DNA of 64,000 nucleotides from NCBI GenBank assembly GCA_964016885.1, contig OZ024762.1:20894001-20958000 (forward strand), read 5' to 3'. Positions 47,301 through 58,475 of this stretch are shown here, in pieces (positions within the stretch are counted from its first letter, which is position 1; each line of letters begins with the position of its first letter). A program made the position numbers and the translations under genes. The stretch comes from Eledone cirrhosa. Lineage: Eukaryota. Under the pieces are notes generated by a model that ran no database searches, was not told where the DNA came from, and saw nothing but the letters and a program-made list of their open reading frames with translations.

Positions 47301-48885
47301 CTTACATATGCCATGACATCTTGTGTGTGCTCAGCCATAGAGCATGGACTGCCTGTGAAGCTAGATGGCAGAATGACTGGCTGACCAACACTGGAAGGAT
47401 TCATTCCATCAATTATAATGGAGTTTCTCAAATGGATGTATTGTTCTGCTTTAAGTTTAGCTTGGTTGTTTTTAATGAATGACAGTCATTCAGCTTCAAT
47501 CTTGGCATAAACACCAACCATTAATTGGCTTGTAAGTTTCCCATTCTTAGGATATGATTAAAGCAATCTCTTACCATAAAGTGGAATGAATAATAGTCTT
47601 TGCAACTGACTGATTTATTAGTTCCCTCGCCTGTACAGGGGTTTACTTGTCTTAAGATGTCTTTCCTGAACTCTCCAAAAAATCAAATGCCACTGAAGAG
47701 CATTGTATGCTCTGTCTCCACAATTCTTCATAAACGATCAGATCTCTCATGTACAAATACGTCTCTGGATCCATGTCATTCATTGACATGGGGTTTGCAT
47801 TTTTCTTCTAAGAAAAATTTTTATACTCATATGTCATGATGGTTTTCATGAAGAAAATTTTGCAGACTGCTAATAACTTGTAGCTGAAGACCAGTGGAAA
47901 TATTTCTGCATTGTTGAGTAGCTTCTTCTTTGTTGTTGCCGAAAAAGTAAAACTTGAATAAATTTTGTTTCCTCATTAGGCTGCGGGAGTAAACGGCTGA
48001 TTAAATGGTAGAATTGTCCTTGGATTTTAAATGTTGTAAAATCACCATTGTCAGTTTGATTTTTTTTCTGCTCCAAAGGATATCATCTGAAATGCAGCAT
48101 TATTATACTTCATAATATTGCTCCTAAAGTGTTTAGCTTCATTAGTATCGACTGTAAACGGTATACAGATAACAAGTGGAGGATCTTATATCAGTGGAAG
48201 TCTGACTTTCCTTCTAAGCAACACATGCCAAGTGTTTCTCTTTTCCATTTTCTGTTTCCACAACTACTGCATGTAATGTTCATGCCACCAATTGCAACTT
48301 TAGGATCATTTCTATAATTCCTTGATGGATCATATGAAAACGTGGCTCTTAACCAGTTTATTCTGCCTTGAGCTGCTTAAGTTTGCATCACAACTCTCAA
48401 TGCTTCTTGGTAATTTTCATATTCAGCCTCCGTTTGTTGTGATCATATTTCTTCTTGTCTTAATCTTTGTTTCTCGTCTCGGGTTCACTTTCAGAAAGTT
48501 GCAATCGTCTTTCTTGTTTTAATCTTTCTGTTTCCTGACTCATATTCTGCTGAATCTCATGTGTTGTGATCATTGTTTTTGTTGACTTGGCCTTTTACTC
48601 CCAAGTTTTTTTTTACATATTGTTCTTGATTTTCTCTTAAAGATTTTGTCCCTTTGATGAACCTAATAGCTCTCCCGACAGATGAGCGGTGTTTTGATGG
48701 TATGTTGAAAATATCAGAAAAAAACAAAACAATATAAAGCAATTTAAAAAATACAAATAAATGCAAAATAACAGCCATTGCAGGGTCTTATATGGCAGCC
48801 CTAGAGGATAGGTGGACACTATAAGAATTAAGTCAGTAACAGCATTCGAGAATATCCTCAAAGTTAAATTAATATACGCTGTAGA
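44363..48885 (-). mobile_element. Degenerate autonomous Helitron (RepHel pseudogene)
   Basis: Minus-strand fragments in order: FKIQGQFYH; VILPSSFTGSP..PDLFIT.TCNP.WPEI; HUH motif EWQKRGLPHYHMLIW (~47055-47100); KYVCKYINKG; FYLRLL..VRGPT; Walker A FLDAPRGTGKT; DEATM; GDLRQI; LRTNMR. 3' end is hairpin tacctgg..ccaggta plus CTAG|T at 44363. The 5' TC at 48885 is only a candidate. Confidence 0.92.
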
Positions 48886-48971
48886 TTTTCAAATAGCATT
48901 AATTTTATCACTGGTTGTGTTTTGGTTTTTTTGTGATGTGTAAAGACACCAACCAACAAACATCTCTCTTT

Positions 48972-49420
48972 TCATCATCATCATCATCATCGTTTAACGT
49001 CCATCTTCCACGCTTGCATGGGTTTGGATGGGAGTTTTCCCACCTGAGGCAAAATTGGTTGTCCTGCTCGTATAGGACTGTCTGGCGGGTTTTCTACGGC
49101 TGGATGCCCTTCCTAACACCAACCACGTTTACAGTGTGGACTGGGAGGTTTTTACCGTGTTACCTACACGGCCACATTACAGCGTGGACTGTGTGTTTTT
49201 TTTTGTCGTGACACCTACACGTCTGGCGGGTTTTCTACGGCTGGGTGCCCTTCCCAACACCAACCACGTTTACAGTGTGTACTGGGAGGTTTTTACTGTG
49301 TTACCTACACGGCCACATTACAGCGTGGACTGTGTGTTTTTTTTTGTTTTTTTTGTTGTGACACCTACACGACCTCATTTGTTTCGGACTGGATGTTGTG
49401 GTACCAACATAACTTCACAT
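48972..49420 (-). mobile_element. RTE 3' UTR fragment with an internal duplication
   Basis: (CAT)n..gtctggcgggttttctacggctgg occurs twice. Confidence 0.8.
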
Positions 49421-49696
49421 GACAAATCGTGTGTGTGTGTGTAAACCAGTGTTTGAATCCACGGAGATGCTGGCTGCAAAACATGAGCATTACTGACAAC
49501 CTAGTGGGGTCGGTTAGCATACCCAAGATGTTTTTCTTCTTTGATATTATAAAATTAGTATCAATAAACCTTTCTGGATATACCCTTATTCCATTGGTGT
49601 ACTTACTTTTCGATTGTCAGTTTTTGTTTTTGTGTGATGCATGAAGATTAACCAACAAAGATCTTTTTGATGTTATATAATAGATTCTATATTTTT

Positions 49697-50072
49697 CATC
49701 ATCATTTTACATCCGCTTTTCCCTGCTTACAAGAGTGGGACGGGAACTGATTCTGGCTTGATTTCTACAGCTGGATGCCCTTCCTAACACCAACCTCATT
49801 TACAGTGAGTGGTGGGTGCTTTTTTTCCGTGGCACCTACACGTCCACTTTACAGTGTGGCTGAGTGCTTTTTGCCGTGACACCTCCATGACCACCTTGCA
49901 GTGGAATGATAGGGACCCCAGTCCTATCATCTCATTTCTACATCTGAGTAAACTGGAGCAATGTGAAATAAAGTGTCTTGCTCAAGGAAACAACACATCA
50001 CCCAGTCTGAGAATTGAACTCACAACCTTTCGATAGCAAGGCCAGTGCTCTAACCACTAAGCCATGTGCTTC
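49697..50072 (-). mobile_element. Full-length tRNA-derived SINE
   Basis: Reverse complement of 22194-22538, carrying two copies of the ~48-bp segment. Confidence 0.88.
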
Positions 50073-50107
50073 TATATATACATATATTATTAGCACAGCT
50101 TAAAAGT

Positions 50108-50335
50108 TTAACCTTTTGGCATTTAAAAGGCCATATCTGGCCAGAATTCTCTCAGCGCTTTCTGTTCAAACTGGCTGTAACCAGCCACTCATATTGATGT
50201 TGAGGTATTGTTCTGAAAATAAATAATATCAAAATCTCATAGATTCGATATTATGCGAGATAATTATGCAAGGTAAAACTTTTACCATGAAAATACAATA
50301 ATAAATATAGAGTAATTCAAATGCTAAAGGGTTAA
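50108..50335. mobile_element. TTAA-flanked MITE
   Basis: ttaaccttttggcattta...aaatgctaaagggttaa. Confidence 0.85.
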
Positions 50336-51479
50336 GCAAATAATTTCTTTCACCTTAAGCAGAATCATCTGAAACTGAAAAATATCAATCTGTGGGCGCA
50401 GAAGTAAATATTTCAAAACAATTATGACCAAATATTTCCTTTAGAAAATAGGAAGAAACAATGGTACCATTTGAAGACGTTCTCTTGAGGTGAGCGAAAT
50501 GTATGCAAGGGGAATTGCGTCATCAGGTGAAGCAGGAAGAACAAATTCTTGCTATGAAAAAATCAGGAGACTAATATTCTTTTTAGAATAGCCGAATAAT
50601 TTCCAGCTGCTATATATGGAAAATGATTAACCATAAAGATACTGTAGGTATTAATAATAGTAAAAATAATAATTCTTTCGTTATTAGCCACAAGGGCCCA
50701 CATATAGGGGACAGTGGGGCGTTTACAAAAAAAAAAAAATGGTTTCTGATTGAGGCACAAGGCCAACTATTTTAGGGGAAGGGAAGTCGATTAAAATAAT
50801 AATATTAGTAATTATAATTACAATAAACTAATACTAATAATTAAGGTAAATATTTTCGTAGTAAGGACTAATGGTGGGTTAGTTGTTGACATACAGGTGT
50901 GGATGCAGACGTTAACGAAAATGTAGAATATGAAAATTACACACATACACATAATTTTCCAACAAAAATGTTCATGCATGACAGTATTGTATATATTTTA
51001 TTGTTTTGTGCAATTAAAATAAACGAGCAATGTATACAATATTTTTCCGACCAATGTTTTGGTGGGGAGAACTGCTGCAATATTCCACACAAATACACAT
51101 TCACACACAGAATGTATTAAAAAGACTTACCAGACATGCTAAAAAAATGGGATGAGTTTGACTTTCGCGTAGATGTATGTCATATGAGTGGAGTAAGGCA
51201 TATTGACCATTTGTAAAAATTGTAGATAAAACTTTATATTCAGAAATGTATTGTGCAAGTTATCACTTGATTATATTTTCATTTGATTAAAAAATATATC
51301 CTTTTGAAATCGGATGATTTTTTTTTTTTTTTTTTTATTTTTCTTTTTTTGATTTTATTTTATACACCCTGTAGGTGTATTTATATATATAATGAATATA
51401 AAGTTTGGTTGTTCTTAGCTACCACATCATATATAGTGTCCGTACTCTCCATTAGGATATAATGTTGGGCTTCGAAAGA

Positions 51480-51706
51480 TTAACCCTTTAGCATTTAAAC
51501 TGACTGTATCCGGCCAGAACTCGCTCATTTCATTCTGTTCAAACTGGCCATAATCAGCTGCTCATATTTATGTTAATGTATTGTTCTCAAAATAATTAAT
51601 ATCAAAATCTCATAGATTCAATATAATGTGAGATATTACGTAAGATAAAGCTTTTACTGCGAAAATACAGTAGTTATATAGAGTAACGTAAATGCTAAAG
51701 ATTTAA
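51480..51706. mobile_element. TTAA-flanked MITE
   Basis: ttaaccctttagcattta...taaatgctaaagatttaa. Confidence 0.85.
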
Positions 51707-52864
51707 AACGATATGTGTATTTTGTGTATGTGTGTGACGTCCGAACGAGTTTCCCCTCTTCCAACTAACTTGGTCCCAGCCGATAGGATGGAGAATAAAT
51801 ACATCGCACCAGAGGACGTCGAGGGAGACACGCTAGAGTAGGTGTCATCCCAGATGAGGAACCTACCTAGGATTGTCATGTCGTCCCCTCGGTTCAGCCC
51901 CGCTGGGAAGGGAAGCCTGCCCCGTCCATGCCATGCTTTATGATTTCATTGTGTAATCCAGCGTTTGAATCCACGGAGACGTTGAGAGAGCATGCGTATA
52001 GAGAATCCCTTATGGTTGTCTCCCAACCTGCTAGAAATAGCAGTCGGGGTTGGTTAGCATACACAGGATATTTTTCTTCTTCTCTGATGTTATAAAATGA
52101 ATATCAATAAACCTTTCTGGGTATACCCTTATTCCATTGGTGTACTTACTTTTCGATTGTCAGTATTCGTTTCGTTTTGGTATGATGCGAGAAGACACCA
52201 ACCAACAAACATATCTTTTATATTGACCATAACTATAGAATGTAATAGTGATCAAAATTGTGGCATATAAACTCGTATACCTGTTTGAGCACTGTTTTCT
52301 TTTTTCCTTTTTCACATCTACGGGTATTTACTATTTATTTCTGTGTAGAAATCACAACGGAAGGGTTTCTCTCCATTGTGTGTTCTTTTGTTTATAAACA
52401 TTGTAACGATAATGTCTTAACGCCGATGAGGATCTCATCATCGTTGGCAGCTCGTGGGGCTGTTTCGTCCGAACACAGAAGAACCGAACTCCCACTGTCA
52501 TTGCTTCCATCTCTTTCGATTATGAGCAAATGGGGTCCCATGTGCTGGCCGCCCCACGGCCCCGGCGGACAATGGAAAAGGCGTATCGAGCCCATAAGGA
52601 TGAAAGGCAAAGCTAACCTCGGCGAGATTTGAACTCAGAATGTAAAGGGCCGTAACTCTGTCGCAAAGCATGTTGTCCGGCGCTCTACCGATACTGCCAA
52701 TACGCCACAATGAAATAATTGTTTTTACTATAATGTTTGTGTTATGTTGCTATGACACTGTAATTCGGATATCTATAACTTAACCTAGACATAAGACATG
52801 AAATTATTATAAGTTATATTCATTTTCGTCTTGTAGCTTTATATTATCATAGATTAATATTAAA

Positions 52865-53080
52865 ATGGAGGGAAGAATGGTGGAGTTGGACCCTTGTAGC
52901 GGCTGCTCTGATCACGGTGACGATGCTCCCCGCAAACACAAAGAAAATTGTTCATTGCTTCATGGAGTGCATCAGGATCTAAAGAGTGACCAAGTGTGTC
53001 TTTATGCGAGTGTCTGTGTGGTTGTGTGTGTGCTTGTGTGTATTACCGTGTACGTGTGTGTGTGTATGTTGCATTATTAG
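52865..53080 (+). CDS. Putative small Cys-rich tail-anchored membrane protein, paralog 1 (71 aa), nested in a tomosyn intron
   Basis: aaaATGG start context and upstream acceptor-like ttcgtcttgtag. Colinear homology with 53320-53700 (DPCxxC, HxENCxLL, CVxxCVLxCIxVYVCVC). C-terminal hydrophobic helix. Confidence 0.6.
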   Translation: MEGRMVELDPCSGCSDHGDDAPRKHKENCSLLHGVHQDLKSDQVCLYASVCVVVCVLVCITVYVCVCMLHY

Positions 53081-53319
53081 GCAAAGCTAACCTCATCGGG
53101 ATTTGAACTCAGAACGTAAAGGGCCGTAACTCTATACCGCAAAGCATGTTGTCCGGCGCTCTACCGCCATGAAGAAATATTAACAATTAAAATGTTTGTT
53201 TTATGTTGCTATGACGTTGTGATTCGAATATGTATAACTTAACCAAGGCATAAGACATGAAATATAAGTTATATTCATTTTCTTCTTGTAGCTGTATTTT
53301 ATCATAGATTAATATTAAA

Positions 53320-53700
53320 ATGGCGAAGGGAAGTGTGAACCAGTGCGAGCCTGGTGACATTGAAACCCCTGTTGAACCTCGTAAAGCTGACCCTTGTCAA
53401 GCTTGTGAACCGTGTTTACCTTGCGGACCTGACCAACCTTGCCAAATTAATTCAGAAGGCCAACGTTATCAAGAAGGCCAACGTTATCAAGAAGGCCAAC
53501 GTTATCAACCTTATCAATCTGGTCAACCTGATCAAACTGGTCAGTCTGAACAACCCTGCGATCACGAAGAAAATTGTCCATTGCTCTATCAATTTCAAAA
53601 GGAACTAAAGCAGCATCGAGTGTTTGGTTGGGTGTGTTTCTGTGTGACTATGTGTGTGTTAGCGTGTATTGGCGTGTATGTGTGTGTGTGTCTGTTGTAA
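53320..53700 (+). CDS. Putative small Cys/Pro/Gln-rich tail-anchored membrane protein, paralog 2 (126 aa), nested in a tomosyn intron
   Basis: aaaATGG start context and upstream acceptor-like ttttcttcttgtag. Frame-preserving 9- and 18-bp internal repeats (xPC triplets, EGQRYQ x3). C-terminal hydrophobic helix. ATTAAA at 53782. Confidence 0.65.
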   Translation: MAKGSVNQCEPGDIETPVEPRKADPCQACEPCLPCGPDQPCQINSEGQRYQEGQRYQEGQRYQPYQSGQPDQTGQSEQPCDHEENCPLLYQFQKELKQHRVFGWVCFCVTMCVLACIGVYVCVCLL

Positions 53701-54561
53701 TAGAGAGAGAGAGAAAATATGGACATACCAGTTCAACTGTACTCATTAGGCTGCTTGTACATCTTCGATGAGATGCCTGTTATTAAAAATATTTGCTTCA
53801 CATAAATTGTTTTAAAATACGAAAAGAATAGAAGAAAAAAAAAAAAACAAAACAAAAAAACGAAATAACAACCCAACAAACACAAAAGAAAAACCCGGAA
53901 AAGTATTTTTTAACGATAGTTCCTTGGTTGATCACAAATTTGGTTCTGTAACAGAGACTAAATATCTGGAAATACCGAAATTGAAGAAAAAGTGAAAAAA
54001 GTCTTTGATCTTCCTTATTAAAACATTTCAAATAAGAAGCATTAGTAACTAAGAAAATCTCGCTGAGATCTTTTTATTCTTTTTTTTTTTGTCCCCTTTC
54101 TTAGTTTCTTATATTGATAAATTATATTTTAAGAATCTAAGCTTTATTAAAATAGATCTATCACACTTTCGCTCACTCGCTAGGAAAATATATTTAATTG
54201 ATTGTAAAGCTAACTATAAGAAAATCTCGATGAAAATAAATATGATAAATGCATATTGCTTTCTTTTTTTTAATGTAAAAATCCAAATGAAAATTCATTG
54301 TCAATTTTTATTGATCTTCAGCTTTTAAAGACATTTTCAGAAATACTATTTCCACCTCACCGTGAAATTTTAAGTGCTGTTTCTATTGTATTTATTTGTT
54401 TATAATTAATTTAATTCTACAAATAAGTTGTCAGAGATAGAATAAGTTTTAACTTTATACTGATTTTCTTAATGTAAGAATTGTATGTCTGTCTGTGTGA
54501 GTGTTCACACACACACACACACACATATATATATTATATATATATATATATAAAGAAAAAG

Positions 54562-54843
54562 AGATGAAATCGAAAATGCAACTGGAGTCTTATTTTTTTT
54601 TTAAATATATATATTTATTTGGTTCCTTTGCCGGTTTCGCAGTTCTTCTGCTTTTCAAAAGGTGAGTTGAGATGGAGAGTCTGTGGTTTTTCTCACATCT
54701 CACCAGATGTGAGAAAAACCACAGACCCTCCATCTCAACTCACCTTTTGAAAAGCAGAAGAACTGCGAAACCGGCAAAGGAACCAAATAAATATATATAT
54801 TTAAAAAAAAAATAAGACTCCAGTTGCATTTTCGATTTCATCT
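54562..54843. repeat. Near-perfect palindrome: 139-bp arms, 4-nt loop
   Basis: 54562-54700 is the reverse complement of 54705-54843 apart from one A54678:C54727 mismatch; the loop is cacc. Confidence 0.95.
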
Positions 54844-54914
54844 TTTTCTTTATACTTTCACTCGTGTAGGACACCGGTTATTTTTCATTTTGTAAAAAAA
54901 AACCTCACTTTCTA

Positions 54915-54945
<31 letters not shown>

Positions 54946-55320
54946 TAAATTAGCGAGAATCGTATTTCGGCTTAGGAATTAACGAAAAACAACTTCTGAG
55001 ATGTGTGGCAAGCGCTCAATGATTCAGATGAACCAGAGCTACAACATACGTTAAAGGCCAAACACACTGAGACGATGGTTAAACAATCATTATGTATGTG
55101 TGTGTGTGTATACATATGTGTGTGTGTATGCATCATCATTATCGTTTAACGTCTGTCTTCCACGCTAGCATGGTTTGTATGTATGTATGTATGTATACAT
55201 ATTCTCTAGAAAAGCTGCATGTCATGTCAATATGACACCCTTATGATTCCCACAGGAATTATGGAACCATGTATACATGTGTGGATGTATGTATGCATGT
55301 AAATATGTAAATATGTATGG

Positions 55321-55484
55321 ATGTAAATATGTTTGCATGTAAATATGTTTGCATGTAAATATGTTTGCATGTAAATATGTTTGCATGTAAATATGTTTGC
55401 ATGTAAATATGTTTGCATGTAAATATGTTTGCATGTAAATATGTTTGCATGTAAATATGTTTGCATGTAAATATGTTTGCATGT
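55321..55484. repeat. 16-bp minisatellite x10
   Basis: atgtaaatatgtttgc in tandem. Confidence 0.92.
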
Positions 55485-56609
55485 ATATATGTATGTATAA
55501 ATATATGTAAAAATGTTTAACCCTTCTTTTACTAAACTACCTGAAACCAGCCCTGCTTCTATGAAAGAAAACTGTCTTAACCCTCTAGTATTTAAACCGG
55601 CCATATCTGGCCAAAATTCTCTCACCCCTTTCTGTTCAAACTGGTTGTAACTGGTCACTCATACCAATGTTAAGATATTGTTCTCAAAATAAATATCAAA
55701 ATCTCATAGATTCAATATTATGTGAGATAAAGCCTTTACCACAAAAATACAATAGTATATATAGAGTAATTGTTTTTACTTTTTGGCACAAGGCCAGCAA
55801 TTACCCAGTACATTACTGGTACTTTATTTTATCGACTCCGTAAGGATGAAAGGCAAAGTTAACCTCGGCGGGATTTGAACTCACTGAAATCCTTCACTCA
55901 CAATTTTACATCAGAGCTTTTGATAAATTGCTGGAAACACCAGAAGGCCAATGACTTTGGGGAAAGGGAATGTCAATTAAATAGAACCCAGTATTTGACT
56001 GTTACTTTATTTTATCAACTCTGGGAGGATAATAAGCAAAGTTGACTTCTGTGAGATTTGAACTCAGAATATAAAGAATTGGAACAAACACTGCAAATAA
56101 TTTTATCCAACACTTTCATGATTTCACCAGTCCATCTGAGAAAGTTGCTTATATAAATAAATCTCTCAAAATTCTTCCAGGAGTTACAACTGGCAGATAG
56201 TATCAGCAATGGAAACACCAATGGAAACATTGTTTCTTTGGTCTGATTTGATGAGTTCTACGTGGCCTAGTGGTAAGGGTGTTGGACTTACAATCATGAT
56301 GTCATGGGTTTGATTCCTGGACTGGGATGCGTATTGTGTTCTTGAGAAAAACACTTCATTTCATGTTGCTCCAGTATACTCAGCTGAAAATGAGTACCAG
56401 CAATATCTGGGGATTTAACTCTGCGATGGACAGTCGCTTAATGCCGTGAAAACCGGGATAAGCACCGGCCTAATGAGCTGGTGAACACATGAGGTTTAGC
56501 ATCTTGCTGATCAATCTAAATTCTTGATTATTTTCAAAATGAAAAACATCAGAAATGAATTTCTTTAGGAATAGGTTATAAAAGGATTAAATTACTGATA
56601 CTTATTGAT

Positions 56610-56910
56610 GGAGGCACATGGCTCAGTGGTTAGAGCATTGGCCTTGCAATCGAAAGGTTGTGAGTTCAATTCTCAGACATGTTGTTTCCTTGAGCAAGAC
56701 ACTTTATTTCACATTGCTCCAGTTTACTCAGCTGTAGAAATGAGATGATTCCACTGCAAAGTGGTCGTGGAGGTGCCACGGCAAAAAAGCACCCAGCACT
56801 CACTGTAAATGAGGTTGGTGTTAGGAAGGGCATCCAGCTGTAGAAATCAAGCCAGAATCAGTTCCCGTCCCACCCTTGCAAGCAGGGAAAAGCGGACGTA
56901 AAATGATGAT
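56610..56910 (+). mobile_element. tRNA-derived SINE (family of 22194)
   Basis: Same head, core and RTE-type tail. A related SINE lies at ~56258-56480. Confidence 0.88.
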
Positions 56911-57879
56911 ATATATATATATATATACTGAATTTGAGAAATAATTTCTTTCGATAACAGATGGTGATAGGAAGGGTATCCAACCATAGAAAGCTTGCCA
57001 AACAAAAGATTGAGATGACACTTCAATCATGTCCTGGCCATGACAATAAAAACACCCAGTATATGCTGTAAAGTGGTTGGTGATAGGAGGGGCATACAGC
57101 AGTAGAAAGCTTGCCAAATAAAGGGTTGGGAGGACCCTTCAGTTGTGTCAAAGACATGACAACCTCCTCTGTGCACTCAGTAGAACTTGAGACCAATGGA
57201 TAAGTGAGATGACAGATCCCTCGCGTGACTGGGAGGTCAGTATCCACACTTGAGTACTTATGTAGCCCTGTCCAACACTCGCTAGCAGGGAAGGTGGACA
57301 TTAAACGATAATTTTCTACTTTAGGCCAGCAATTACTCAGCAATTACTCAGTGCATTACTGGTACTTTATTTTATCGACCCCGTAAGGATGAAAGGCAAA
57401 GTCAACCTCGGCGGGATTTGAACTCAGATCGTAAAGGGACGTAACTATGCTGGAAAACATGGCGTCCGACCCTTTACCGATACTGCCAATCCACCGACGA
57501 TAATGATGAACAGAACCCTTAATAAATTATCACCCCCAACTAACAACCCTAGTATTCTTAGCAGTTTCAACTGAATTACTTGTAATGTTTATAATTAGTT
57601 TAAAATTAACAAAGCACTGCTTATTATCCTGTTGTTTGATAATTACTTTTATTATCCTACCATCAGATAATCTGATTTTCTTTGCTTCTTAAATCAACAA
57701 ACTAATTTAATATAAAAAGAATTGAATGAATGAATATATATTTACTGATAATCAACTTATTTTTTTTAAAATCTGAAGTGAAACACCACAGTAAGGCTTT
57801 TTTATGGTGGTTCAGTTGGAGGTTGTGGTGGTTTATTCATATCTGAGTGGGCATAACCAGTACTAATAATAATAAGAAA

Positions 57880-58475
57880 GTTGACATTGAGTTCAGTGAA
57901 AATGAGTGTATATCAAGGCTCTATTCTCACTCAGCCCCTCTCTGCAGACCATTACAGAAGATTTAAACTGGCTGTATCCGGCCAGAATTCTCTCACCTCT
58001 TTATGTTCAAACTGGCTCTAACTAGCTACTCATACTGATGTTAAGGTATTGTTCTCAAAATAAATATCAAAATCTCAAATTCGATATTATGTGAGATAAT
58101 TATGAGGTAAAGCCTTTATCATGAAAATATAATACTATATATAGAGTAATGTAAATGCTAAAGGGTTAAGACTGGTTTCTCATAGAAACGTCTGTTCTAT
58201 ATATGCTAATGGCTGCGATCTTATAATCAAATGTATGGAAGAGCTAGAGGAAAAATTCATGTCGTGGAAATAGAACTTTGAATCAAAAGTGATCAGAGAA
58301 TAACTAGCAAAGACAAACGCATCAATAAATAAGAAGATAGTACCCTGGTCCCACCTGGAGTGCAATACTGTACAGTAGTAAGACATGGACAGTGAATGAA
58401 GAAAGTATGCAAGGACTGGACAGAAATTATATAAAATGAGCATGCTCTGGTGGATGTGTGATGTTAGTGTTATTA
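57880..58475 (+). mobile_element. Degenerate RTE RT fragment interrupted by a TTAA MITE (~57963-58169)
   Basis: atcaaggctctattctc..cattacagaag|MITE..gctaaagggttaa|gactgg..gagctagaggaaaaattc follows the RT sequence at ~15310-15560. Confidence 0.7.

Noticed and set aside
51050-51374. Tc1/mariner remnant (ttttatacaccctgta end)
   Set aside because: Only one plausible TIR and no recognisable transposase frame; too weak to annotate.
51736-51950. GC-rich island possibly encoding an HDV-like ribozyme or a promoter for the micro-genes
   Set aside because: I could not build a pseudoknot or identify promoter elements by eye; left unclassified.
52415-52475. Hammerhead-like string on the minus strand (ggacGAAAcagc..gctg)
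   Set aside because: Lacks the UH cleavage dinucleotide and a correctly placed CUGANGA.
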